DNA from: Octopus vulgaris
Lineage: Eukaryota
Assembly (NCBI GenBank): GCA_951406725.2
Contig: OX597817.1
Span: 145,638,001-145,702,000 of the forward strand
Direction of reading: 5' to 3'
DNA length: 64,000 nt
The notes beneath the pieces were generated by a model, which was not told where the DNA came from, did not search any database, and saw nothing but the letters and a program-made list of their open reading frames with translations. Each line of letters begins with the position of its first letter. Positions within the stretch are counted from its first letter, which is position 1. Below are positions 51,261 to 64,000 of this stretch, one piece after another. Both the position numbers and the translations under genes were made by a program.

Positions 51261-52034
51261 AACAACTATCTTGTTTTTTTCAAGAAGACTATTTAAACAC
51301 TGAACAAGTCATTCTCTGAAACTGGTTGAATACCTACCATTTAAACATTAAATCAAGCAAAATAGGTTTTACTCATTATCGATAACATTATTTATCTTCT
51401 TAATTGCAAGAATAAAACCAATAATTTACCCAGTCTCTGAAAAGTTCATCTCATTTCGAAAGAGATGGTATTATCTTAGAAGAAGTCATAAGGAGAATAG
51501 TATCAGAGCAAAGATAAGTAGTGAAAAAATAAGCAAAAAGTTGGTAGGATTGCTTCCAGCCATGACATTCTCTGAATAGCAAAGATACATGGTCTAGTGA
51601 TTAGGGAACAAAGTTCACAATCATAAGATTGTGGCTTCAATTCCTGGACAAAGCAGTATGTTGTGTCCTGAACATTGTATCCTAAATATATCTCTTTCTC
51701 TTTACCTTTCCCTCCCTACCTAACAGCACATCATTAATACATCTCTCTCTCTCTTTTTTCTCTCGCTCTATGCCTCTACCTTAAACTTACCACATGATGC
51801 ATTTGGCCTTATACCTTTTTCTCTACTTTTTCTTCTCTACTCACACTCCTCATTTTCCTCTCTCTCTCACACACACACTTTTACTCCACCTCTCTCATCA
51901 TCATCATCATCTTCATTGTCGTTTAACACCGACTTTCCATGCTAGCATGGGTTGGACGATTTGACCGAGGGCTGGCGAACCAGATGGCTGCACCAGATTC
52001 CAATCTGATCAGGCAGAGTTTCAAGCAGATTATA

Positions 52035-52074
<40 letters not shown>

Positions 52075-53205
52075 TGTGTGAGTTCCTATTTCCTCTTCAC
52101 ATGTTTGTTGGTTGTATACACTGGCACCACAGTACAGTGTCTTTTGATTCCAGTTCACTGCAAAAGCATGTTCTGGCTTCTTGATATGTTGTCACATTGC
52201 GCAATCTTTGCTAACAAAATGAATATTCAACTAATGTTGTTTGTTTCCTGTTCTAATCCTAACCATGTCCAGGCTGTTCATTGTTTGAAAACAGGTGAAG
52301 GTTGGGATCAGGAAGAGCACCTGGCCATAGAAAACTCTACCCCAACATTATCTTATCTGACTCATGCCAGCATGGAAAAATAGATGTTAAAACACTGTTA
52401 AAACGCTGATGATAATGATGAGTACTTGGCCAGTGCGATGATGGTCTCAGTTAATTATATATGATCAGTAACCTAGCAAGTGACATAAGAGCTATTTTGA
52501 TATATATGAATGGTAAGGCGGCAAGCTGGCAGAAACATTAGGATGCTGGGCGAAATGCTTAGCGGTATTTCATCTGTCTTTAAATTCTGAGTTCAAATTC
52601 TGTCCAAGTCGAATTTGCCTTTCATCCTTTCGGGATCGATCTAATCGACTAGCACCCTCCCCCAAAATTTCGGGCCTTGTGCCTAGAGTAGAAAAGGATA
52701 TATATGAAGGGTAAGACAGCGAGCTGGCAGAAATGTTAGCAAGCCGGGCAAAATGCTTAGTGGTATTTCATCTGTCTTTACATTCTGAGTTCAAATTCTG
52801 CCTCCATGCCTAGAGTAGAAAAGGACATATATGAAGAGTGGGATTCATGATTGCTTGGTAAGAATAATGATCACTGAGAAGTGTAAAGGAAGATTTTTGT
52901 CACCTGACCTTTCTTCTTTTATCTTTTACTTGTTTCAGTCATTAGACTGTGGCCATGCTAGGGCACCATTTTGAAGAATTTTAATCAAATGGATCAACTC
53001 CAGTACTTGTTATTTTTTGTAATACCCAGTACTTATTCTATCAGTTTCTTTTGCTGAACTGCTAAGTTATGGGGGTGTGAAAGAACTAGCACCAGTTGCC
53101 AAGTGATGGTGGTGGTGAGGATAAACACAGGCACAGAGACCCACACACACATATATGGGTGTGTGTATATACAAATATACATATATATATATAAGGGTGT
53201 ATAAA

Positions 53206-53364
53206 GTATACAGGAAGAGGAAAACCACTAAGTGGTCTTACAAGCCGAAAGGAGATGTCAAATCCTCAAACCATGAAAGTTACATTCTTTTTGTGGCTAA
53301 GGGACTTGCTATCTCCTTTTAGAATATACGGAGACCACTTAGTAGTTTTCTTCTCACTGTATAC
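53206..53364. repeat. ~160 bp imperfect palindrome or MITE
   Basis: gtatacag...aaaaccactaagtggtct versus agaccacttagtagtttt...ctgtatac; inner halves (aaaggagat / atctccttt) also complementary. Confidence 0.75.
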
Positions 53365-53617
53365 TTGATACACACTTATATGTATAAAAAATATTTTAGT
53401 CTACAGTCAACTTTTATGCACATTGGCAACTGGTATAAATTATTATTTTTAATAATTTTTACCCTTTACACACACACACACACATACACATATATATGTA
53501 TATATATATATCATCATCATCATCATCATATATATATATTTCAATATGTGACCGTGTGTGTATCATAGGTAATTTTCTTTCTCCGTTTTCCCTTCCTTGG
53601 ACCTTTTCTTTTTCTAT

Positions 53618-53652
53618 GTTTCTGATGAAGAGCTCTGCTCGAAACGTTAAAT
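53618..53652 (+). ncRNA. Minimal type I hammerhead ribozyme (Penelope/retrozyme type)
   Basis: gttt-CTGATGA-a-gagc-tct-gctc-GAAACGTT-aaat: intact core, 4-bp stem II, palindromic AACGTT in place of stem III. Confidence 0.82.
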
Positions 53653-53749
53653 CCTCCTTCTTTCTTTCCCTTCCTGAACGTCCATAACACTATACTTGTT
53701 CCACATCCTCACGTTGTTGTATTTTCTCTTTGTGTTTTCATGTTTGGAT

Positions 53750-53810
<61 letters not shown>

Positions 53811-53987
53811 ATACAGTATGGATGGATTTTCGAAGTCCAATAATACCCTGCACACCTATTTGATTATGAAGATTTACAAGCATACTTTCCCAGTGAAACT
53901 CAATATACCTACCATTATAGATAATACCAAATGTTCCTTTTCGGACTTTTCATAATGTGATACAGGTCTTTGGTATAGCAATTGCAT

Positions 53988-54079
53988 GTGGCTGAAGAAA
54001 GCTTTAAGCCATCTCTTATGTCAATTATACATTGATGTAAGAATAAGTTGTTTTATAAAGCTTGAAACACGTGTACCGC
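53988..54079 (+). ncRNA. Type I hammerhead ribozyme with long stem II
   Basis: gtgg-CTGAAGA-aagcttta...taaagctt-GAAAC-acgt-GTA-ccgc; distal stem tcttatgtcaat/attgatgtaaga; stem-loop III is the palindrome ACACGTGT. Confidence 0.85.
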
Positions 54080-55629
54080 GACATCCTTTGTGTTCTGTTT
54101 TTTATTTCATTTGATATATATATATACACACACGTATCAATCATCATCATCATCATTATTTAACATCCATTGTCCATGCTGGCCTCAGTTGGGCGGTTTG
54201 ACCAGGGCTGGCAAGCTGGAAGGCTGCACTGGACTCCAGTCTGATTTAGCATGGTTTCTACAGCTGGATGCTCTTCCTAACATCAACCACATGTAATGGA
54301 TACTTTTACAAGTCACTGGTGCCATTTGTGTGGCACCAGTATCTGCCATGACTGCGATTTTACTTGGCTTGATGGGTCTTCTTCTCAAGTACAATATAAT
54401 ACCAAAGGTCTTAATCATTTGTCATTGCCTCTGTGAGGCCCAACACTCAAAAGAAAGTTTTCACATGCCACTTTGTGTTAGCTACAGAATATCCCTAACA
54501 GTGAGGCAGGGGGAGATGTTAGGTTATGTATTATACATGTCTGTGAAAAGACAAATGAGAGCCTCTTGTAATTAGAAACCAAGGAGGTGTGGGGGTGCAT
54601 AGGAGGCAAGGCAGCTCAGTGAAGACCTAGTTAAAGACTGTGAAGGAAGATCTAGCAAATAAGGGCCTGAGAGCAGGCTCATGAGTGGATGGAGATCTCA
54701 GCCTGATGCTCCAGGGTATACAAGAGCTACTGACTGTCGGTTATGACAGTTGATCCGATTAACAGAACAACCTGCTCATGAAATAAATATGCAAGTGGCT
54801 GAGCACTCAACAAACACACATACCATTAATGTAGTTCTCAAGAAGATTCAGCACAAGGCTGGTCCTTTGAAATATAGATACAACTCATTTTTGCCAGCTG
54901 AATGGACTGAAGCAACATGAAACAAAGTGTCTTGTTCAAGGACACACTGCTCCACTGGTTATTGAACTCATGACCTTACGATCATGAGCCGAATCCCCTA
55001 ACCACTAAGCCACATACACCACATATTAGAGCTTCTGTAAAGAGAAAGCAAAATGGGTTCTTGTTTTAATGCAATTTTGATAATGTTAAGAATACAAACG
55101 AAATCGAAATCAAATTCGATGACTGGCATCCGTGCTAGTGGAGTGCTAAGAGCACCATCCAAGCATGATCGTTGTCAGAGCAGCAAACTGGCTTCCATAC
55201 CGGTGGCACGTAAAAAGCACCATTTGAGTGTGGCACATAAAAAGCACCATTACCAGTGTCGCCTTACTGGCATGTGAAAAAACATTTGAGCGAGGTCATT
55301 GCCAGTGCTGCTGGACTGGCTCCTGTGCAGGTGGCACATAAAAACACCATTTGAGTGTGGCCGTTGCCAGTACCACCTCGTGCCAGTGGCATGTAGAAGC
55401 ACCCACTACACTCTCGGAGTGGTTGGCATTAGGAAGGGCATCCAGCTGTAGAAACTCTGCCAGATCAGATTGGACCCTGGTGCACCCATCTGGTTCACCA
55501 GTCCTCAGTCAAATCATCCAACCCATGCTAGCATGGAAAGCGGACGTTAAACAATAATGATGATGTATGTGGATGGTGAGGAAAAATCTGTTAATTTAGG
55601 AATGGAAAGTGGGTTGTGATGCAATTTCA

Positions 55630-55878
55630 AAACATTCTGTTGGAACAATTCTTTATTACTTTAGCTTTAATAAAGTGTGTATTTGGGAAAGAGAGAAATA
55701 AATAAAAAACAACACAAGTAAAATTTAATTCTTTTTAATGAAGTGACATTTTTACAATCATCAAAAATATTCAACCATATTATATTGGTTGTAAAAGTTA
55801 ATATCACATTAATTTCAACAATGAAATTCAAGTTCTGTTTTGTTAACAGTGTGTGAGTGAATGAGTGAATGTGTGTGC

Positions 55879-55915
<37 letters not shown>

Positions 55916-58744
55916 GGAGTAGAGGAAGAATGACAATAAGAGAAGGGAAGAAAAAAAAAAAACAAAGTGGAAGAGAGAAAGGAACCAGAGTGAGTGAGTG
56001 AGGGAGAGGGGGAAAAAAAAGGGGGAAAATCAGTTTGGTGAGAAGAAAAATTTGGAAATTTTCTACAAAATAAATTTTCAACTGAATAAAAATAAATAAA
56101 TAAATATATGATCAAGTGGACAAAGTAGATATGCAAGCTTTTAAGGAATATTTAAAGAAGTGTAAAGAAATGCTGGTCATTTTTTGGCAGCAGAATGATC
56201 AGTTTTGGGATTAAGAAGAATGAAAATCTATTGATAGAGATGCGAGTTTGATTTAGTTTTTGTGTGCAGTTTTTAATACAACATAAAATGTAGTTTTGAC
56301 ATGTCTACACAATATATAAGTAAGCTAATATCAAAGACGGTTGCTTGAGACAGCTGACAACTGTTGCTTGTAATGTCTTCTTCACTTCTAGCTTTCAACG
56401 CTGCTTTTCTTTTTTTTTTCTGCTTTACAAGACCTATCTTTGATTAAAGCTTGGTGCCTGGAGCTGTGGAATTCATAGGTGTTATTTCCAGGAATGTGGC
56501 TCCAAAGACATGGCAGTCCCAATGTTAAGAATATCAAAGTAGTTTTTATGATGTCAGAAACAGCATTTAACAGCTGTCCTTGTGTATCTTGTGCAACATA
56601 AACAAATGTTCCCTGCCATATTTAACATTATATCAGTTATACAATGTGCCAAGGTAGAGAAACTCAGGTTTTCTTATCGTTTACTGTGTTTGTCATTAAT
56701 TAAAATCTTAGGGCAGCAAGAATATTTATCGAAAAAATTCTTAGTTACCAGTGGTGTAGCGAGAAAGAAAAAATTAGTCAATAGACTATATATTATTCAT
56801 AGAAAAATACAGTGTACATTCAAACACAAGAGATACCCAATGAATAGGATATCTGACTCACTAGAAAGAGCAGTTAAACTCCAAGCCACTAATTGTAATT
56901 CCGAAAGTGATTGAAAAATAAAAACTTTTACCTTAATCCTAGACCCTACAAGGTTTCTGCAGACTTAAATACAGATTGAAATATAATAATTTCAGTTTAT
57001 ATCTGGTGCTGCTTCTTCAGTAGGTTGCCAGGACTGAACACATACACACGGAGCGATAAATAACCTGCCACGTGTCTATAGGTTCTAATTTTTTGAATCC
57101 ACCGCGCAAATGTGGAACTCAACTGGCAGTAAATGAATAAATTGCCGATTTTCTTGCAGGGTCTAGGATTAAGGTAAAAGTTTTTATTTTTCAATCACTT
57201 TTGGAATTACAACAATTAGTGGCTTGGAGTTTAACTGCTCTTTCTAGTGAGCCAGATATCCTATTCTTTGGGTATCTCTTTTGTGTTTGAATTTACTGTG
57301 TTTGTGTAGACACACGTATACACACACAAAAAATAACTGAATCATATAAAGATTTATATGAGAAACTTTAAAAAATGGGCAATGGACACAGCATTAACAT
57401 AATGGAAATAAGTAAAGTTACGAATATATGTAATATTGGTACATATTGATGATAAAGATAAAAATAATAGATTGACTGAGATATTGAAACAAAATAAAAT
57501 ACTAGAGACAATCTGGAAGTCTATCTCTATTCATCCATATCCAAACTAATAGTGCTGCATGAGTGATCTTGTTCACATGTAACTATTTAAGTTACAACAT
57601 TGTAAGATAATCAATATTTTTTTTTTATTAATCTCACTGACAAACAGAACTCATTGCTTTACTCTTTGCAATCAGAGAATACCAGTCAATGAATGATCAT
57701 CTCCATTGTTTCAGATTGGTCAGAAATGTATTTTAAATGTTACCTTTTCTTTCGTAACAGCAAAAGAAAAACAGTTAGAATTGGGTATCAAGACCTGGGC
57801 ACAGATTCAGCTTACCAGAAGCTTTGTTTCTACCCGTTACTGATTGCTTCCAAATAAGTAATCAACTTAACCATAGATCTTTGTTTTCGTTTTTTTTTTA
57901 TTGTTGACAATATTTAGATAGAAAGCATGCATTTTAAAGATATAGCAAAAATCTAACAACTTGTCTTCTTCAAATCATTAGACCATGATAAATTGTCATT
58001 TACAGACAAGCTGATAATCACTCGAGTCATTAAAACATATTTTGTGGCACATTAAATTCGCTTCCATAATCAGATTTTAATTTTTTTCTTACTAAGCACA
58101 AGGCCAGTTTTAGCAGAAGTGGGACACCTTTAAATCAACCCCAGTATACAAGTAGTATTATCTCTTTTTTTGATGTATTAAAGACAAAGTTGACTGCATA
58201 AAATCAAACCCTGAACAGCGACATAATGAATCGATTCTTGTGAAGTCTTCTGCTCCAGATTTTACTGAATTCGTCATCTTCATAGTCATCTTATTATCAA
58301 ATGATTGATAAGAGAACACTGAAATATGAATACCTTTTTTCTTCAGTCATAAAATGTTTTGACATTTTACAAGAGGAGTTTAAAGAACAATTTCTGTTTT
58401 ATAACAGCAGATTATAAAAAAATATAAAGGACAAACATAAACTCTTGTTTTATAGGAGTTGTAAGTTGAAGCCAAGTATATTTGGAGAAGGTTTTGTCCC
58501 AACAAGTTTATCTGCTTTTTACTTGTTTGATCACAATTTCCTTGGTCACTCATCAAAAAAGGTTACCTGATGAGTTCTACCCACTTTAGACAATAAATTT
58601 CAAATGATGCCTCTGTTAATATTCATTTAAATTATGCAATGAAATTCATTGATTCTGTTTCTGATAAAGAAAAGAAAAAAATATAAAATTTTAATTTTTT
58701 TTTACAGATATAATTCTAAATAAGAATTATTTTCCATTTTGATA
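55630..58744 (-). other. Probable ~3.1 kb LIN37 3' UTR
   Basis: Largely free of the common SINEs and U-rich on minus; AATAAA on minus at 55657-55652, just before repeats resume. Confidence 0.45.
56809..57299. mobile_element. Fold-back element or MITE with ~145 bp inverted arms
   Basis: 56809-56952 is the near-perfect reverse complement of 57153-57299; ~200 nt spacer; CAGT...ACTG ends. Confidence 0.88.
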
Positions 58745-58841
58745 TCATGACTCTTTACAAAGATGTCTATCAAACATATCTTTCAACATATTCAAACTCC
58801 GAGCATATTGCATTTCGTTTCGGCGGGATGATTCTTTCCAT
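58745..58841 (-). CDS. LIN37: LIN37 last coding exon
   Basis: CAG acceptor in phase 2. (K)WKESSRRNEMQYARSLNMLKDMFDRHLCKES*, matching the LIN37 C-terminus [23 protein letters not shown]. Confidence 0.9.
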
Positions 58842-61325
58842 CTGTGTAGAAATTGAAGCAGAACAATTACTTGATGGCCACAAAATAATAAAAACAATTA
58901 GCAGAAGTTCATTAAATAATCATAAATAAACTAATGAAAAAAAAAAAAGACACATACAATATTAACACGGAGGTGGATCTCAGTTGTATGATGAGGAGGA
59001 TTCAGCTGTTTCAGCATCATCATTTAATGTCCATTGTCCATGCTGGCATGAGTTGGACAGTGTGACCACAGCTGGCAAGTCATGGGGCAGCACCAGACAC
59101 CAGTCTGTTTTGGCTGGGTTTCTACAGCTGGATGCCCTTCCTAATGCCAACCACTTTACAGAGTGTGCTGGATGCTTTTACATGGCATCACACTGGCGCA
59201 TTTATGTGTTGCCACTAGGGCGCTTTTACATGGTGCCACAGGGGCACTTTTACATGGCACCACCAGGAGTGCTTTACACAACCAGAAGGATCAGTCTTAA
59301 TAGTTTTGCTGCAGGATACAGGTCTTCTTGTGTATGGCCAGGTGCCAGGTATCTCGGTCCTTTGTCATCTCACCTGATAGGTTCAGCTTCCTGAAATCCT
59401 TTTTCAGTACTTCAACTGAATAATCAGCTCCTGAATTAATACGTAAGCAGCTGAGTATTCCAAATACATGTACCTTTAATATAATTCTCAGGTAGAATCT
59501 GTGCAGATAGTGACAAGATTGTAGCTTTTGAATTAAAGGTACAACAAGGTTGATAAATATCATCATCACCAGCATACGTCCTTTTTTCATGTTGCCACAG
59601 ACTGGACTGATTACAATGTTTTATCACTTGTGATTCTTCATGATCCCCACTTCCTCTCTCTTCTCTCTCACACACACAGTGCACTAACAGGCGTAGTTGT
59701 GGCTGTGTGGTATGTAGCTTGCTTACCAACCACATGGTTCTGGGTTCAGTCCCACTGTGTGGCACCTTGGGCAAGTGTTTTCTACTGTAGCTTCGGGCCA
59801 ACCAAAGCCTCGTTGAGTGGATTTGGTAGACGGAACCTGAAAGAAGCCCGTCATATATATGTATATATATATACACATATGCATGTGTGTCTGTGTTTGT
59901 CCCCCATCATTGCTTGACAACCGATGTTGGTGTGGTTATGTCCCCGTCACTTAGCGGTTCGGCAAAAGAGACCGATAGAATAAGTACTGGGCTTACAAAG
60001 AATAAGTCCTGAGGTCAATTTGCTCAACTAAAGGCGGTGCTCCAGCATGGCCGCAGTCTTTATGTTATAAATTTTCTACAAAATCATCATCATTGTTTAA
60101 CATCCGTTTTCCATGCTGGTATAGGTTGGACAGTTTGACTGGGGACTGGCAACCCAGTAGGCTGTGCCAGGCCCCAATCTGATCTGCAAAGGTTTCTACA
60201 GCTAGATGCCCTTCCTAATGCCAATCACTCTGAGAGTGTAGTGGGCGCTTTTTACGTGCCACTGGCATTGACAACATTCAGATGATGCTTTTTACGTGCC
60301 ACCAGCACAGGAGCCAGTCCGAGAGGGGGGACTGGCACTGACCACATTTGGATGGTGCTTTTTATGTGCCACCAGCACGGGTGCCAGTCAGGCAACACTG
60401 GCATCAGCCACAACTATAATTTTCATTTTGATTTCGATCTTATTTTGATTTTGATTTTACTTGACTCAATAGGTCTTCTCAAGCACAACTTATCGCCCGA
60501 TGATTCAAGGGTACTTTTAAATGGGCTGGTTATGCGACACTGGTATAGGCTACGGCTGTGTTCTCACTTTACTTTGTTGCAATAAAGGCCTAGCTTTCAC
60601 CTTTTTCCAAATGCTGTATTTCTGACTGCAATGTTAGAGTTACAAGCTTTCTTTAACACTTTCCACAAACTGGTTACTCTTATTAACATTGTAACCCTAA
60701 TGGTTGGGCAATATGTAAACAGATAAAAGTGGCAAGCTGGCAGAATTGTTAGCATACCAGGCAAAATGCTTTGTGGCATTTTGCCCGTCTTTACATTCTG
60801 AGTTCAAATTCTGCAGTAGTCAGCTTTGGCTTTTATCCTTTGGGGATCAATAAAAAAAGTACCAGTTGAGTGCTAGGGCCAATGTAATCGACTTACTCCC
60901 TCCTCCGAAATTGCTGGCCTTATGCCAACATTTGAAAACAATATATAAATAGATAAAGGCACATACAAAGCACATAGGCGCTGGACATTGCTCTTTTCAG
61001 CTTAAATGTAAATAATGATGGAGTAACACCAGAAATCAATGACTGCTTGAATGGTTGTTCAGCTAAAGGCACCCAAAGGCCAGGCAGGGGTTTTAAATTG
61101 GGCAGTAGATTAGATCTCACCACTCAAGAACAGAAACAATGGGTTTCTACAGCTTCTGGCTTCACCTACAAGGCTTTGATCAACCTGAGGCTATCATAGA
61201 AAACACTTGTTCGAGATGCTGTGCAGAGGAATTGAACCCCAAACCAATGTAAATTTAAAGTGAATCAGTCTCATATAGAACTCAACACCATATCATTTCA
61301 ATATTCATGATAAGTCTGAACTTAC

Positions 61326-61399
61326 TTGTGTCGAATACGCTTCCAACGAGTCATGTGATTTAATAAAAGATCGTCTTGAGATGGAGCTTTGTCAGGATC
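61326..61399 (-). CDS. LIN37: LIN37 penultimate coding exon
   Basis: TAG acceptor, gtaagt donor, 74 nt. DPDKAPSQDDLLLNHMTRWKRIRH, compare MQRWKRIRQ in LIN37. Confidence 0.9.
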
Positions 61400-61571
61400 C
61401 TACAAATGAAACAGCTTTAAATATAAACCAATGGTTACAGAATTTAACATCTAAGGAACAACATTCCCTATTTGGATCTTAGTTTTTTCATCTCGGATCT
61501 TTTAAACTTTAGGATCATCTGTGCTCCAAATGGCTCCCATGCCAGTGGTACGTAAAAAGCTCTATCTGAGC

Positions 61572-62660
61572 GCGATGGAGAGGGCCATAGCCCAACTAAT
61601 TAGGGAGGGAGTCTGCTTAGATGAGATAAAGTTCTGTTTTGTGCCAGGTAGAAGCACCACTGATGCTATATTCTTGGTATGGCAACTGCAGGAGAAATAC
61701 CTAGCCAAAGATAAACTCCTATACTTGGCTTTTGTTGACTTGGAGAAAGCCTTTGACAGGATCCCTTAAACCCTTATCTGGTGGGCAATGCAGAAACTGG
61801 GGATTAACAAGTGGTTAATAAGAGCTGTACAAGGATGTCGTTAGTAAGGTACGGGTCAGCAATGAGTATAGCGAAGAATTCCAGGTAGAAGTAGTGGTTC
61901 ACCAAGGATCAGCCCTCAACACCCTCTTATTCATCATAGTCCTCCAGGCAATAACAGAGGAATTCAAGACAGGCTGCCCCTGGGGGCTCCTCTATGCTGA
62001 TGACCTTGCTCTCATAGCAGAAGCACTACCAGAACTTAAGAAGAAATTTCATGTGTGGAAACAAGGTTTAGAATTGAAGGGCCTTAGAGTCAATGTTGCA
62101 AAAACCAAAGCCCTAGTAAGTAGGAAGAAACTCCATAAGATGTACCCAGTGTAAGCTATGGACGCATAAGAGGTGCAGCAACATCAAAGGAAGGTTAACT
62201 GGGAAGATAGCTTTTGTGTGCGGCAGATGCACAGGGGCAATAAACACTGCAGATGCTCAGAAAACTGATTCCATCACATGCCAGGGGAAGAAACTAGAGG
62301 TGGTTGATAGCTTCTGCTACTTAGGTGACCAAGTCTGTAGTGGGGGGTGGGGATGCTCAGAGAGTGTTGCCACTAGAATAAGAATAGCCTGGGCAAAGTT
62401 CAGAAAGCTTCTACCTCTACTGGTGACAGGGCCTCTCGCTCAGAGTGAAAGGTAGATTGTATGATGCATGTGTGCAAGCTGCCATGCTAGATGGCAGTGA
62501 CTACTGAAGATATGCGTAGGCTTGAAAGAAATGAGGCTAGTATGATCTGCTGGATGTGTAATGTCAGTGTGCAAACATGACAGAATGTAAGAGCCCTGAG
62601 AAAAAAGTTGGACATAAGAAGCATCAGATGTTGTGTGCAAGAGAGACAACTGCACTTGTA
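61572..62660 (+). mobile_element. Defective RTE-clade LINE reverse transcriptase fragment
   Basis: FVPGRSTTDAIF, LAFVDLEKAFD, VHQGSAL, LLYADDLALIAE and LEVVDSFCYLGD across several frames with stops. Confidence 0.92.
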
Positions 62661-62924
62661 TGGTCTGGAAGGCTGCACTAGATTCCAGCCTGATTTAGCA
62701 TGGTTTCTATGGCAGGATGCCCCTCCTAACACCAACCACTCCAAGAGTTTAATGGGTACTTTTACATGCCATTGGCACAGGTGCCATTTACGTGATGCTC
62801 GGGTGCATTTACATGTCACTGGCATGGGTGCCAATTTGTGTGACACCAGTGTCTGCCACGACTGTGATTTTGCTCAGCTTGATGGTCTTCTTCTCAAGCA
62901 CAACATAATGCCAAATGTCTTGGT

Positions 62925-63195
62925 CATTGCCTCCATGAGGCCCAAAACTCGAAAGGGACTCAGCCATTTTGCCTTGGTCAGATCCAATGCTTAAGCGGAA
63001 CTCAGCCACATTGCCTCTGCCAGGCCCAACTCTTGAGAGGAACTCAGCCACTTTGCCTCCATGAGGCCCAATATTTGAAAGGAACTCAGCCACCTTGTCT
63101 CCGTGAGGCCCAACACTCAAAAGGGACTCATCCACTTTGCCTCCTTCAGGCCCAACACTCGAGAGGAACCCAGTCACTTTGTCTTTGTGAGGCCC
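62925..63195. repeat. ~39-bp tandem repeat, about 7 diverged copies
   Basis: Unit approximately ggaactcagccactttgcctccRtgaggcccaacactcgaa, contiguous with a reverse-oriented copy of the (GAT)n-tailed repeat. Confidence 0.8.
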
Positions 63196-63292
63196 CTCTT
63201 TATATTACCATCCAAACAAGAACAGGTGTAAATAATAATAATAATAAGTACTGTAAATAGAAAGATTGTGAAATCATTGAAATTAAACTTAC

Positions 63293-63415
63293 AGCATAAA
63301 TATCTAGTCTACCTGAAGCTTGAGGAATGGGAGAAGGAATCCGTAAATCAACATATTGATCTTCTCTTTTTATTGGAGATGGTAAGTGGTATATATTGCC
63401 ATCTTTATTTACAGT
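63293..63415 (-). CDS. LIN37: LIN37 internal coding exon (5' part of the gene lies beyond the window)
   Basis: Pyrimidine tract with CAG acceptor, gtaagt donor, 123 nt in phase 0. TVNKDGNIYHLPSPIKREDQYVDLRIPSPIPQASGRLDIYA, compare DVYKLPPP...RIPSP in LIN37. Confidence 0.88.
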
Positions 63416-64000
63416 CTGAAAAGAAAAGGAAAAATTAAAAGAAATGTTTCAATCGAAGAGATACCTAAAGATATATTACAAAACATTACAGTGTTTATAG
63501 ACTCTCTTGTACTTAGCAAAAGTTGACCCAGGTTTACTTCAGCAAGAATTCAAACGAAAACCACAGGATTTATATAAATTGCTGTACAGATTTTGATTGC
63601 ACAAGGAGGACACGTGTGTGCATTCAGATGCTCTACATCTTCCCATACTAAGCAAATTTTGTAACTGAAACACAGATGGAATTCAGTCTGAAGAACTCTT
63701 TTACTCGATAGTATTTTAACTTCTACCAGAAATGGAATTTTTGCAAAAATATCAAAGTAGCAACTAAAATACTCTATAAGGCATTTAATTGGTTCATTTT
63801 ATTTGATTAGTATATATCAATTAATAAATTACAAAAGAAAAGGAGTTAAGTGCTGCGATTTGCACTGACATAGCATGGACTGCTGAGCACATTTTATGAA
63901 AATGGGACTACCATGCACACATAAAAAACAAAAAAATAGTTAAAATATCTTCTTATTATATAATGGGTGCAAGTTTTACATCATCTGAAAAGTCATTAGT

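Noticed and set aside
58566-58595. Hammerhead at CTGATGAG
   Set aside because: No GAAA follows the possible stem II.
58984-59394. Recurrent ORFs containing FLQLDALPNANH or EWLALGRASSCRN
   Set aside because: Chance translations of the abundant (GAT)n-tailed repeat on either strand, not a protein family.
63307-63313. LIN37 donor gtagac at 63312
   Set aside because: Wrong phase for the next exon; gtaagt at 63292 keeps the frame.

Overview
AT-rich, repeat-dense animal genomic DNA, not prokaryotic. The SINE/LINE complement looks like an octopus or other coleoid cephalopod (inference). Three intron-containing genes can be assembled by hand from splice sites and reading frame. (1) The last three coding exons of ARGLU1 (+, 762-8438). 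(2) A complete 10-exon HDAC11 (-, 51056 down to 13107; 1170 nt, 389 aa) with an extra Ser/Pro-rich last exon. (3) The last three coding exons of LIN37 (-, 63415 down to 58745), which the ORF track misses. Introns and spacers hold tRNA-derived SINEs, RTE and CR1 LINE fragments, two dead mariners, MITEs and minisatellites; most ORF-track entries are spurious. The most interesting signals are five hammerhead-ribozyme motifs in short non-coding elements (three in (TA)n microsatellites, two in a head-to-head pair of tRNA-headed repeats), a 5.7 kb transposon-free ARGLU1 intron with G-U-rich stems and candidate poison exons, a 60-nt copy of an HDAC11 splice acceptor pasted into a SINE, and a long fold-back in the probable LIN37 3' UTR. 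All calls were made by eye; repeat boundaries are approximate.
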